A stretch of 64,000 nucleotides of DNA from Planctomycetota bacterium. GTDB lineage: Bacteria > Planctomycetota > PUPC01 > DSUN01. Shown in pieces: positions 9,876 through 19,237 of this stretch. The notes beneath the pieces are model-generated. The model was not told the origin of the DNA and did not search any database. It saw only the letters and a list, made by a program, of their open reading frames with translations. The position numbers and the translations under genes are program-made. Position 1 is the first letter of the stretch; every line of letters begins with the position of its first letter. The stretch covers positions 10,545 through 74,544 of the forward strand of contig DAOOIT010000016.1 in NCBI GenBank assembly GCA_035384565.1. Reading direction: 5' to 3'.

Positions 9876-11972
9876 CTAGCCACCCTGCTTGCGGCTGCGC
9901 CGCCGGCGGGCGAGGAGAGCGAGGCCGCCGAGGCCGAGGAGGGTGAGGGTGGCCGGCTCCGGGATCGCGCCCTGCTGCTGGACAGGGGAAAGGAGGAAGG
10001 CGAGCGGATCGCTGGGCGAGGGCTCCCCACTGCCGGCGATGTACTCGCCAGAAGGACTAATCGTCCACTGCAAGAAGTCCCACCCGTTGGCGGCCAGGCC
10101 GCCGTCCACCAGCGAGCCGAGGTCGTGCAGGCCGCCGGCGACGGTGAAGTAGAAGGGCCGCAAGCCGAGGTCGGTGTCCAGTGCGTCGAAGAGTTGGTAC
10201 TGGCCCAGCACCAGCCCGTTGTCGCCGAGCCACGTGACCTCGCTGTAGGCGTACCCGTCCGAGCGGGTGGAGAGGTCGAAGGGGTAGGTGGTGTCGGTTC
10301 CCGGGTCGTACATCCAGGCGCTGTAGCCGAGCGGGGTCTCGCCTCCGTTGTAGCGGGTGGCCTGGCCTGCGACCTGGCCGAGCGCGTTCAGAAGCAGGTT
10401 CCCCTCGTCTTCTCCGCCTATGCCCGCCCCGCTGCTGTAGCGGAATCCGTCGGCGCGCGTGCGCATGGGGTCGGCGAGGCCGACATTGAGGGTGGCCGTG
10501 CCGTTGTAGAGCCAGGCGGACTGCCCCAGGTAGCCGGTGCCCGCGGCGTCGAAGCGGATCGCCGTGCCGGCGACCCAGCCGGCGTCGTTCAGGGCATGGG
10601 GGTAGCTGGAGCGGTACTCGTTGACGGCGGTGTGCTCGGGGTCGGTGAGGCCCACGTTGAGGGTGGTCGTACCGTTGTAGAGCCAGGCGGTCTCGCCCAG
10701 GTCGTTGCCGGCGGCGTCGTACCGGTACGCCACGCCCACGACTCGGCCCGCGGCGTTCAGGCCAGCGACCCAGCTCTCGCGGTACCCATCGGCCGCGCGG
10801 GTGTGCTCAGGGTCGGTGGGGCCCACGTTCAGGGTCGTCGTGCCGTTGTAGAGCCAGGTGCTCCAGCCGTTGTAGTTGCCGGCGCCGTCGTAGCGTTCCG
10901 CCTGGCCCGCGACCTGGCCCGCAGCGTTCAGGAAGTACACGTCAGCATAGCGGCGGTTATCGGTGACGCGTGTGTGCTCAAGGTCGGTGGGGCCGACATT
11001 GAAGGTGGTCGTGCCGTTGTAGAGCCAGATGCTCGAGCCATTGTAGTTGCCCGCGCCGTCATAGCGGGCTGACCAACCCGCGGCCTGGCCCGCGGCGTTC
11101 ATGTTGTTCGCCCAACTCGAGCGGTAGCCATCGGTCACGCGCGTGTGCTCGGGGTCGGTGAGGCCGATATTGAGGGTCGTGGTGCCGTTGTAGAGCCAGG
11201 TGCTCGCGCCCAGGTCGTTGCCGGCGCCATCGTAGCGGAACGCACTGCCCACGACCTGGCCCGCGTCATTGAGGTAGTTCGGCCAACTGATGCGGGTGCC
11301 ATCGGTCGCGCGCGTGTGCTCTGGGTCAGTGAGGCCGATGTTGAGGGTCGTCGTGCCGTTGTAGAGCCAGGCGCTCGCGCCGTTGTGGTTGCCTGCGCTG
11401 TCGTAGCGGTCCGCCCAGCCCGCGACCTGGCCCGCGGCGTTCAGGCCGATGGCCCAACTGTGGCGGTACTCATTGGTCACGCGGGTGTGCTCGGGGTCGG
11501 TGAGGCCCACGTTTTGCGTCGTCGTGCCGTTGTAAAGCCAGGCGCTCACGCCGACGTCGTTGCCCGCGGCGTCGTAACGGTTTGCCCCGCCCACCACCTG
11601 GCCCGCAGCGTTGAGGCCTGTGACCCAACTGTAGCGGTAGGCGTTCGTGCCCGTGTGCTCGGCGTCGGTGAGGCCGACGTTGAGGAGGGCAGAGCCGTCG
11701 TAGAACCAGGCTGTCTGGCCCAAAGGGCCTTCGGGTGGGACGTAGCGCGTCTGGCTGCCCGCGACCTGGCCCGAAGCATTAACGTACCGGGGGAAGCTCT
11801 CGCGGGTGCCTCCAGGGCCCGTGTGCTCGGCGTCTTTGAAACCGAGGGAGGTGATGCTGAAGATGGGGGCGGCTGGCGCGCGGCCCGCCCCCCCGAGCAA
11901 GATTGCGCCCGCCACGCCGATGGCGAAGCAGAGGGAGAGTCGCCCGAATCGCCCGTTGACTGTGCCGCCCAT
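9876..11972 (-). CDS. extracellular tandem-repeat protein (HAF-family-like repeats) with C-terminal PEP-CTERM sorting signal
   Basis: About 11 tandem copies of a roughly 40-aa unit (..SAWLYNGTTTLNVGLTDPEHTR..GYR.SW..GLNAAGQVAG.A.RYD.AGN..G.). The C-terminus IPEPATLTLLGLGGLALLARRRRSRK is PEP, then a TM helix, then a basic tail. The signal peptide begins at MGGTVNGRFGRLSLCFAIGVAGAILL (start 11972); the ORF is open to 12059. Confidence 0.75.
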   Translation of the reverse strand: MGGTVNGRFGRLSLCFAIGVAGAILLGGAGRAPAAPIFSITSLGFKDAEHTGPGGTRESFPRYVNASGQVAGSQTRYVPPEGPLGQTAWFYDGSALLNVGLTDAEHTGTNAYRYSWVTGLNAAGQVVGGANRYDAAGNDVGVSAWLYNGTTTQNVGLTDPEHTRVTNEYRHSWAIGLNAAGQVAGWADRYDSAGNHNGASAWLYNGTTTLNIGLTDPEHTRATDGTRISWPNYLNDAGQVVGSAFRYDGAGNDLGASTWLYNGTTTLNIGLTDPEHTRVTDGYRSSWANNMNAAGQAAGWSARYDGAGNYNGSSIWLYNGTTTFNVGPTDLEHTRVTDNRRYADVYFLNAAGQVAGQAERYDGAGNYNGWSTWLYNGTTTLNVGPTDPEHTRAADGYRESWVAGLNAAGRVVGVAYRYDAAGNDLGETAWLYNGTTTLNVGLTDPEHTAVNEYRSSYPHALNDAGWVAGTAIRFDAAGTGYLGQSAWLYNGTATLNVGLADPMRTRADGFRYSSGAGIGGEDEGNLLLNALGQVAGQATRYNGGETPLGYSAWMYDPGTDTTYPFDLSTRSDGYAYSEVTWLGDNGLVLGQYQLFDALDTDLGLRPFYFTVAGGLHDLGSLVDGGLAANGWDFLQWTISPSGEYIAGSGEPSPSDPLAFLLSPVQQQGAIPEPATLTLLGLGGLALLARRRRSRKQGG

Positions 11973-12333
11973 GGTTCGGTCCCCTGGTGCCCCCATGCTG
12001 TTGCAGAATCGCGGGTTTGCCCATCGCCCACCGAAGCCGGCTCCCCGGCGATGGCGCACGACCAGGATTCAAGCGCTTTCTCCCCGCGCTGTCAAGTGCA
12101 CTTCAATTCTCGCGAGGCGGTTGCGATGTCACCTTGGGCCTTCGCCAGCAGCAGGACCTGAGGGCCTCACGAAGGTATTGGAATCTTCGGGACGGAACTT
12201 GAAAGAAGGGGGTCTTCGGGGTTTGCTGATCCTGCCTCGACTGGCCGGTGCAGGGCGTGGGCATGCCCTCTCCCTGCGGACCTGGCGGTTCCTGGGGAGG
12301 GCCCTGCCGAGGGGCTGGCGGGCGCAGCCTGCG

Positions 12334-12375
12334 CATGCTGTATCAACCCTGTGAGGGGGGAAGTGATACAGCATG
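12334..12375. repeat. perfect 12-bp inverted repeat (CATGCTGTATCA ... TGATACAGCATG) with an 18-nt loop
   Basis: Seen directly in the sequence. The loop (ACCCTGTGAGGGGGGAAG) resembles the loop of the family-A hairpin at 45877-45894 (TTCCTGTGAGGGTGGAAT). Confidence 0.5.
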
Positions 12376-12413
12376 GATAGAAGGACGAGGATTGGCGATT
12401 CTCGCGGTTCCGG

Positions 12414-12447
12414 CCATACCTGCTCATCTGGGGGATGAGCAAGCATG
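12414..12447. repeat. degenerate family-A hairpin (CCATACCTGCTCA-TCTGGGGGA-TGAGCAAGCATG)
   Basis: Inverted pair with two mismatches to the TGAGCAAGTATGG core. Confidence 0.5.
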
Positions 12448-12711
12448 TGAGCGGGAATGCCCGGAGGGCGTAAGGCGTTGGGGTATAGAGGGTTATGGGA
12501 CGGTCCTCACTGGCGCCACATCTCCCGTCGCGCGCTCCCCAACGGGGCCGCGTCAGGATGGTCAAACCGTGGCGAGTCCGACATCTGAAGCCTCAGGCAA
12601 GCGGTCCGCCCGCAGGAACGTCCGACATCGCAACCGCCTGAGTTTTCGCCCAGCAAGAGCTGAGGCGAAGCGCCGCAGAGGCGTGGGATGCAGCCCGGGG
12701 GCCTGGAATAC

Positions 12712-14334
12712 TCACCTGGGCAGGCGGTAGATATGGACGCCCAGCGGGGCAAAGGTGTCGGTGAAGGAGCCGGCGCTGGCCTTGAGCGTGCGGTTCTCGT
12801 CAACGACTGTCACCTCGCCCCCTGCGGGCAGGCCCTCGACTTTGATGGTGGCTTTGGCCTCCCTCAGGCGCTCGTCGTAGTTGACGGTGAAGAGGTAGAG
12901 GCCATCGGGGCCTTCTTTGGCCAGGAGGTCGAGCTTCACGTCGCCCTCGGCCGCAATGGAGGCGGCCTGCTTCGGCGCGGCGCCGAGGATGGCGGGCGCG
13001 AGCCGCGTGATCTGTTCGTTGATCTCGCGGATCGCCTTGCGGTTCTCGTCGGGCACACCGAACTGGCTGTAAGAGGGCTTCCAGATGTGGGTGAAGTAGC
13101 CAATGGCTGTGGCCCCGCGGGTGATGGACATCCACACCTCGGCGCGGATGTGGGTGGGCGTGACCTCCTTCTGGTTCTCGAGGGCGCCTGTCCATTGTCC
13201 TCCCCTGCCCGTCTCGATCCAGGCATACACGGGCTTGTCGCCGGCCATCTTCACCAGCAGGTCGGTCGCCTCCTGAACGAGGTGGATCCACTCGGGCTTG
13301 TTCCAGCCGTAGATGGGGTAGATGTCGTAGCCCACGACGTCGGCGGCCTTCACGTACTCGGGATACGCCCGCCGCAGGTCATCGGGAATGCGTTTGAAGA
13401 AGGGATGGAAGTTGCCCGTGAGGGTCATGAAGACCGGCCGCGTGGGGTCGGCGGCCTTCATCGCGTTGTACTTTGCGAGCGTCTCGGCGGGGGTGGCGCG
13501 CGGCACGGTGCGCGGCGGCGACAGGAGGACGTTTCTCCCCGCCTTGTCGAAGCCCTCGATCTCGCCGAGCGAGCCCCACTCCTGATCGCCGGGGTAGGTG
13601 GACACCACCTTGAGGGTAAGTTCCTTGAAGGTGGCAGGCTTGGCAAGCGCGAACTTCTGCTCGCCCTTCTTGTTCTCGACCGTAGCCTTGAGGATTTCGG
13701 CGCCATCGCCCTCGAAGACGACCTCCTTCATCACGGCCAGGCCCTTCGAGATGGTGGGCCAGACCGCCAGGGCCTCGACGGTGATCGGCGCCTTGAGCTT
13801 GATCGCGATGACGGCACCCTGAAGCGGGTCGAGCACCGACCAGCTCGTCCTGTCGCCGTCGAGGACCTTCCACAGCGGCGTACGGTTGTTGATCTTCAGG
13901 TGCTTCGCGGGCACGACCTCGGCGTCGCTCGCCTGGTGGGTGAGGTCGGGCTCGTCGTCGTGGATGTAGCCGAGCAGCGCGGGGTGGCCTTTGAGCTTCG
14001 GCTCAAACGGCATCACGCCGTAGAGGCCGGCCGCGGCCACAAGCGGCAGGTAGCCCGTCACGTCCTGCGTGCCGGACGACTTGGGCCAGTAGCCGGCCAC
14101 CGTGTTCATCGCGCATTCGGCGACCAGCGGGAAGTTCCGCGCGTCCTGGAGCCACGCCATCAGTGGAAAGAATGGCTTGCCGTTGACCAGGAACGCTCGG
14201 CCCGGGCCGATGGCGACCTTCTCGATGGGCGGCAGCTTGGCCTCGCCCGCCGATGCGAGAGCAGGGACAAGCACGAGTGCGACCGCAAGGCATCTGGCCA
14301 CGGCGGTTCCTCCTGAGAAGCGCGCAGTTGACAA
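12712..14334 (-). CDS. secreted hypothetical protein, putative glycoside-hydrolase-like (TIM-barrel plus beta-sandwich)
   Basis: Signal peptide MSTARFSGGTAVARCLAVALVLVPALASA. A 540-aa ORF with strong codon bias. I assign no family with confidence. Confidence 0.65.
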   Translation of the reverse strand: MSTARFSGGTAVARCLAVALVLVPALASAGEAKLPPIEKVAIGPGRAFLVNGKPFFPLMAWLQDARNFPLVAECAMNTVAGYWPKSSGTQDVTGYLPLVAAAGLYGVMPFEPKLKGHPALLGYIHDDEPDLTHQASDAEVVPAKHLKINNRTPLWKVLDGDRTSWSVLDPLQGAVIAIKLKAPITVEALAVWPTISKGLAVMKEVVFEGDGAEILKATVENKKGEQKFALAKPATFKELTLKVVSTYPGDQEWGSLGEIEGFDKAGRNVLLSPPRTVPRATPAETLAKYNAMKAADPTRPVFMTLTGNFHPFFKRIPDDLRRAYPEYVKAADVVGYDIYPIYGWNKPEWIHLVQEATDLLVKMAGDKPVYAWIETGRGGQWTGALENQKEVTPTHIRAEVWMSITRGATAIGYFTHIWKPSYSQFGVPDENRKAIREINEQITRLAPAILGAAPKQAASIAAEGDVKLDLLAKEGPDGLYLFTVNYDERLREAKATIKVEGLPAGGEVTVVDENRTLKASAGSFTDTFAPLGVHIYRLPR

Positions 14335-14373
14335 GCGCGGAACAACTTGCCAGCATTATAGCCCGGGAGGCCC

Positions 14374-16893
14374 ATGGGAGAAAGCAAGGAGCGCAGAATG
14401 CGGCAGCCTGTGGCGTGTCTCGGGCTCTGGCTCTCGACCCTCGCAGCGGGGATCGCGGGCGAACCAGGTGTGACGCCCATCCTCGACGACGGCAGCTACT
14501 ATCGCTACTTCATCGCCTGGCGAACGGAGTTCCTGCGAAAGAGCGACGGTTCCCTCGAGCCGATTGACGACAAGGGGAAAGGCCCCGCGCCCGTCGTGGC
14601 CTCGGACCTGCCGCCTGCGAACTGGGCGGCGCCGGATTTCGACGATTCGGCCTGGGCGCGGCGGCGCGGCCCGCTCAAGGCTGCCGCCACCGAGATGTCC
14701 CTCATTTGCCTTCGCTCGCGCTTCGAGGTGAGCGACCCCGCCAAAGTCGGCGACCTGTGCGTCTCCGCCGTTTTCACCGCCGGCGGCGTGCTGTACGTCA
14801 ATGGCGTCGAGGTGGCGCGCGTGGGCCTGCCTCAGGGCGCGACCCTGGATGCCGAGGCCGAAGACCTGCCCAAAGAGGCGTATCTCGACCCCGACGGCAA
14901 CCTCTACCGCATCGGTTGGGGCGACGAGAAGAAGTTCGAGGAGCGCCAGAAGGCGCGGCTGCGCGCCTTCGACGCCGTGAAGATTCCCCCTGCCGCGCTG
15001 CGCAAGGGCGTCAACGTCATCGCCCTCGAGATCCACCGCGCGCCCGCGAGCGAGCTGCTGCTCACGGCCAAGCCGCTGCGCTGGCGCGAGGAGGCCTGGC
15101 GCGGGCGCAGCTACTACTGGTGGAGCCGCCTCGGCCTCGAGGGCGTCAAGGTGACGGCGACAGGCGAGGGCGTCGTGCCCAACGTGGGCCGCCCGCCGAA
15201 GCTCCAGGTGTGGAACCACCCGCTGATCGAGCGCCCGATGATGAGCGATTGGGGCGACCCGTGCGAAGCCTTGCGTCCCGTGCGCTTCGCCGGGCAGCGC
15301 GGCGCCGTGCTGTCGCAGGCTCTCTGCGTCGGCTCCCCGACGGCCATCAAGGGACTCAAGGTGGCGGCGGAGGCGACGCTGCCTGGCACGGTCATCGAGG
15401 TGGCCTATCTCCAGGCCGACGGCGACGTGCGCGGCTCGTTCGGCAGCCTGGTCGCCGAACCTCCCGAGGGCAGTGCGGTGCAACCCGTATGGCTGCGTCT
15501 GCGTGTGCCGGCCGACGCCAAGCCCGGCGACTACACAGGGAAGGTGACCGTCGCCTGCGAGGGCGCCGCTCCCGTCATTGTGCCCGTCGAGATGACGGTC
15601 TATGGCTGGACAATGCCTGCGCCCCGGGACTTCACAGCGCACGTCGGCCTCATCCAGTCGCCCGACACGCTGGCGCTGCACTACGGCGTCGAAATGTGGT
15701 CGGAGGCGCACTGGAAGCTCATCGAGCGCTCGTTCCAGCTTCTCGGCGAAGTGGGCAACAAGGTGGTCTTCATCCCCGCCATCCGCCGCACGCACTTCGG
15801 CAACGAGCACGGCATGGTGCGTTGGGCGAAGGCCGACGGCGGCCACAAGCTCGACTTCTCACTCGTCGAGAAATACCTCGACCTGGCGCTCAAGCACCAA
15901 GGCAAGCCCCAGGTCGCGTGCCTCTACTGCTGGGAGCCGTACACGGGCGGCAAGTACCTCGACCACGCGGCGAAAGGCAGCGGCAAGGGCATGTGTTACA
16001 CCGTGCTCGACCCGAAGACGGGCCAGCTCGAAGAGGCCGAAGGGCCAAGATGGGGCGAGCCCGCCGTCCGCGAGTTCTGGAAGCCCGTGATGGACGGGTT
16101 CCGCGACCTGCTCGCCAGGCGCGGCATCGAGGGGGCGATGATGCTCGGACTCGCCGGCGACACCCGCCCCACGCGGGAGGCGGGCGAGGACCTCCTGGCC
16201 GTCGCTCCGAACGCCAAGTGGGTCGTCCACTCCCACGCCACGGCCGACAGCCTCTGGGGAATGCCCGTGGGCTACCTGTGCGACGTGTGGGGCGCCCCCC
16301 AGGCCCCCGACCCACCCAAACGGCTCTACGGCTGGCAGAACCCCTTCCTGCGGGCCACGTTCCCCCGGGCCGGCAGCAACACGGTCGGCTCGATGCATCC
16401 GGACGCACCGCTCGCCATGTGGTACCTGTCGCTTGAGGCCATGCAGGCAGCCGGCATCCACGGCTTCGGGCGCGTGGGGGCCGATTTCTGGCCCGTCGTG
16501 CCAGGCCCCGAGAACCGCAAGAAGACCATTCTCGGCCGATTCCCCGAGAGCGGCTGGGGGCAGCTCAGCATGACCGAGAGCGCCCCCTGGACCCTCGCCC
16601 CGGGCAAGGACGGCGCTTTGCCGACGCTTCGCTTCGAGATGCTTCGCATGGCGCAGCAGCAGACGGAGGCACGCATCTTCATCGAGAGGGCACTCGCCGA
16701 TGGCGCGAAGCGGGCCAAGCTGGGCGATGTCGCGGCACGGGTTGAGAGACTGCTGGATGACCGCACCCGCGCCCTCAACTACGCTCGTTCGCGCGGCTGG
16801 GACTACTTTGCCAGCTCGGGCTGGCAGGCCCGCGAGGAGGCCCTCTACGCCGCCGCGAGCGAAGTCGCCGCAAAGCTCGAGGGAGCACGCTAG
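14374..16893 (+). CDS. large secreted glycoside-hydrolase-like protein, paralog 1 of a three-member family (N-terminal galactose-binding/PA14-like beta-sandwich with a PDFDDSAW motif; C-terminal catalytic-like domain of uncertain family, possibly GH123/DUF4091-like)
   Basis: Signal peptide is present. Conserved blocks are shared with 30278-32905 and 34418-37138 (e.g. VYGWTMPAPRDF..SPDTLALHYGVEMWSEAHW..RTHFGNEHGMVRW; QQQTEARIFIERAL). Confidence 0.8.
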   Translation: MGESKERRMRQPVACLGLWLSTLAAGIAGEPGVTPILDDGSYYRYFIAWRTEFLRKSDGSLEPIDDKGKGPAPVVASDLPPANWAAPDFDDSAWARRRGPLKAAATEMSLICLRSRFEVSDPAKVGDLCVSAVFTAGGVLYVNGVEVARVGLPQGATLDAEAEDLPKEAYLDPDGNLYRIGWGDEKKFEERQKARLRAFDAVKIPPAALRKGVNVIALEIHRAPASELLLTAKPLRWREEAWRGRSYYWWSRLGLEGVKVTATGEGVVPNVGRPPKLQVWNHPLIERPMMSDWGDPCEALRPVRFAGQRGAVLSQALCVGSPTAIKGLKVAAEATLPGTVIEVAYLQADGDVRGSFGSLVAEPPEGSAVQPVWLRLRVPADAKPGDYTGKVTVACEGAAPVIVPVEMTVYGWTMPAPRDFTAHVGLIQSPDTLALHYGVEMWSEAHWKLIERSFQLLGEVGNKVVFIPAIRRTHFGNEHGMVRWAKADGGHKLDFSLVEKYLDLALKHQGKPQVACLYCWEPYTGGKYLDHAAKGSGKGMCYTVLDPKTGQLEEAEGPRWGEPAVREFWKPVMDGFRDLLARRGIEGAMMLGLAGDTRPTREAGEDLLAVAPNAKWVVHSHATADSLWGMPVGYLCDVWGAPQAPDPPKRLYGWQNPFLRATFPRAGSNTVGSMHPDAPLAMWYLSLEAMQAAGIHGFGRVGADFWPVVPGPENRKKTILGRFPESGWGQLSMTESAPWTLAPGKDGALPTLRFEMLRMAQQQTEARIFIERALADGAKRAKLGDVAARVERLLDDRTRALNYARSRGWDYFASSGWQAREEALYAAASEVAAKLEGAR

Positions 16894-17128
16894 TAACGTC
16901 TGCATGAGTGATGCGAAGATAGGAGGGGCGTCATTTCGGGCGTAGCGCAGTCGGGGAGTCTCTTTTCTCTGGCGGCACAGGAGAGATGCCCCGCCTTAGC
17001 TCGGCATGACCGCCCTTTGCACTATTCATGCAGAAGGCTGTAGGCTGCGTACCGGATCCAGTTGGCAGTTCGAGCGACATGGGTTATACTGTAATGGCGG
17101 CGCGGGAAGGTGCTGATATGAGACGGCC

Positions 17129-17689
17129 ATGACCCTGAACTTCAAGACGACGGTGGTGCTTCTGCTCATCGTGGCGGGGGGGTACTACGCGTACTCCTTG
17201 TACTTCCCTGGTGTGGATACTGGGGACGTCGCGAAGCTGTTGCGCAGCCACCGCCGAGCCGAACCCGGGGCGCAGACGGTGCTCAAGCACCGGATCATGA
17301 CGACGTATGACTCGAAGAGGGACTACGCGATCATCTTTCGCGCCCTGGACAGCCCCAGCCCGGCCACGCAGGCCCTGGCAGTCGAGATTCTCACCGAGAA
17401 GGTGGAGCGCCGGGCCCTCCCCAAGCTGCTGGAGATGCTGAACGATCCGACACGGGCGGAGTTCGTCCTGGAGACGGTCGCAGCCGCCATGGGCACGCTG
17501 GATGTACGCGAGGCGGTGCCACGCCTCGTCGAACTCACCGACACGTCGGAGCCTCCAGCCGTGCGCTCGGCGGCGCACAATGCCCTGGTGAGAATGACCG
17601 GGGCGGGCGCTCAGGTGAAGTTCGGGCCCAACTCTCGCGAGCAGTGGACCTTGTGGCTCCGCACCCAACAATCTGGCGGGACACGCTGA
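17129..17689 (+). CDS. membrane-anchored HEAT-repeat protein
   Basis: N-terminal TM helix (TTVVLLLIVAGGYYAYSLYF). HEAT-like repeats (ALAVEILTEK..LPKLLEMLNDP..VRSAAHNALVRM). Confidence 0.55.
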   Translation: MTLNFKTTVVLLLIVAGGYYAYSLYFPGVDTGDVAKLLRSHRRAEPGAQTVLKHRIMTTYDSKRDYAIIFRALDSPSPATQALAVEILTEKVERRALPKLLEMLNDPTRAEFVLETVAAAMGTLDVREAVPRLVELTDTSEPPAVRSAAHNALVRMTGAGAQVKFGPNSREQWTLWLRTQQSGGTR

Positions 17690-17709
17690 CCTGAAACAGC
17701 CGCGGCCGG

Positions 17710-18540
17710 CTACTGGCGTTGCGCAGTGCCGGGAGTGGGGCTCGCCTCCTCCGGCAGAGCAGGAGTCTCGGCGATCACTTGCTCCTTGATCAGCGTCAGC
17801 CCGAATAGCGTCTTCTCCTTCAGCACCTCGCCGTTGTCTGACACCCACGCTTGCGCCTTCAGGTAGCCCGACCGAATCTCCACCACGTGCGTATCCCAGG
17901 AGCGGCCGGCCCATTGCAGCGGTTCCCGGCCCACCACCTCCAGTTCCACCTCCGTGGGCTCCAGCGTCAGGGGGTTCAGCACGATCACCGACCAGCGCAG
18001 CCCCACGCGAAGCGGCGGCAGGGCCAAGAGGGGCGACAGCCCCGTCGCCACCAGGCCCCCGCGAGGCAGGGGCAGCTTGTGCACCTGCTCACCCTCGCCC
18101 TGGACCGCCGCGCGCAACACCAGGTCCCCGTCCACCACCTCGCCGCGGCACTCCGCGTCAATCACGGGCGAATGCAGCACCATGGAGAACCGCTCCAGCG
18201 CGTATCCCTTGTCCACCACGACCACCATGTCCAGAGCGAAAGCCGACAGCTTCTCCAGGAATCCCGGCACGGGCGCCCGCAGCCGGGTGGCATTGCTGAT
18301 GCGGTACTTCCCGTCCTCGGAATAGAGGAACACCGTCTCGGTGTACCCCATCTTTTCTCGAACGCCCGGCAGGTAGATTGCCATGCGGTTCTGGTAGTTC
18401 TGCCGATCCGCCGTCAGCACCGAGCGATAGGTGCCTGGGATGGACTCGGGCTTGACCTCAAGCAGCCACCGCCGGACAAGGGAGGTCGTCATGACCGCCC
18501 AGAACCCGATCACCGCCACCACCACGAGCCGATGGAGCAT
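17710..18540 (-). CDS. hypothetical membrane-anchored protein
   Basis: Start MLHRLVVVAVIGFWAVM at 18540 is preceded by AGGAG 8 nt upstream. It lies 14 bp downstream of the CYTH gene on the same strand, so the two are probably co-transcribed. The ORF is open to 18573. Confidence 0.55.
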   Translation of the reverse strand: MLHRLVVVAVIGFWAVMTTSLVRRWLLEVKPESIPGTYRSVLTADRQNYQNRMAIYLPGVREKMGYTETVFLYSEDGKYRISNATRLRAPVPGFLEKLSAFALDMVVVVDKGYALERFSMVLHSPVIDAECRGEVVDGDLVLRAAVQGEGEQVHKLPLPRGGLVATGLSPLLALPPLRVGLRWSVIVLNPLTLEPTEVELEVVGREPLQWAGRSWDTHVVEIRSGYLKAQAWVSDNGEVLKEKTLFGLTLIKEQVIAETPALPEEASPTPGTAQRQ

Positions 18541-18554
18541 CTTCCCGGCTCCTG

Positions 18555-19109
18555 CTACCCCGCGGGGGGACATGATGCCGCGTCACCTGGCCCGGTCGTC
18601 TGCCCTGGCTGCATGTCGCCGTAGGACTGGCTCAGAATGTCCTCGGGAGCCACTCCCAGTTCGGCCAGAAGCCGCCGGAGGAGAGCGTGGGCCGCGGCGT
18701 CGGACTCGACCCCATCCATAACGGCCTCAAGCTCGATGAACGTGCCCAGTCCCTCCACCTCGTCCAGGTGAACCCGCACGTTCTCCAGCATGTAGAGCGC
18801 ACGTTCCTTCTGCACGTGCGCGCAGGAGCCGTGACGGGCCTCGAGCTCTCGGAGCGTCTCCTCTGCGTCGGGCACGGACAGCAGCTCATAGTGGCTGTCG
18901 CGGATTCCGGCCACGTCGGCGCGCCGATAGCGCACCAGGGTCGCCTCCCCGGGCTGCTCGATGCGGAGTTTCAGCCGCCCGTCAGGCACGGCGAAGTAGA
19001 CGTCGGTTTGACGACGCGTCCACACGTGAAGCGCTCCTGCACGCCGGCAGATCGCCTCCGCGCGCGCCAGATCGCGGCACCTGGCTTTGACCTCGATGTT
19101 CCTCTTCAT
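18555..19109 (-). CDS. CYTH-domain protein (class IV adenylyl cyclase / triphosphate tunnel metalloenzyme family)
   Basis: 184 aa. The N-terminal EIEVKA motif is the ExExK signature of CYTH/CyaB/ThTPase. The size is typical for the family. Confidence 0.65.
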   Translation of the reverse strand: MKRNIEVKARCRDLARAEAICRRAGALHVWTRRQTDVYFAVPDGRLKLRIEQPGEATLVRYRRADVAGIRDSHYELLSVPDAEETLRELEARHGSCAHVQKERALYMLENVRVHLDEVEGLGTFIELEAVMDGVESDAAAHALLRRLLAELGVAPEDILSQSYGDMQPGQTTGPGDAASCPPAG

Positions 19110-19237
19110 ACCGCCATCTTACGCCTGCCCATGAGCGGCGTCAAGGGAGGCACCCAACTTGATCGGCTGCTGCCCCATGAGTATCATGGGGCGGTTCAAA
19201 CGTGTCCGGGCAGTATCCAGCACGCTGGAGGAAGCGC

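Noticed and set aside
9864-12161. Two plus-strand ORFs (9864-11072, 11145-12161) with G/A/V-rich internal repeats
   Set aside because: They are the mirror image of the tandem repeats in the minus-strand PEP-CTERM gene. They have no signal or Shine-Dalgarno and their composition is implausible.
16936-17020. tRNA-like start GGGCGTAGCGCAGTCGGGGAG in the intergenic region
   Set aside because: No complementary 3' acceptor strand, anticodon stem or T-arm (GTTCRANYC) can be formed, so it is not a tRNA.
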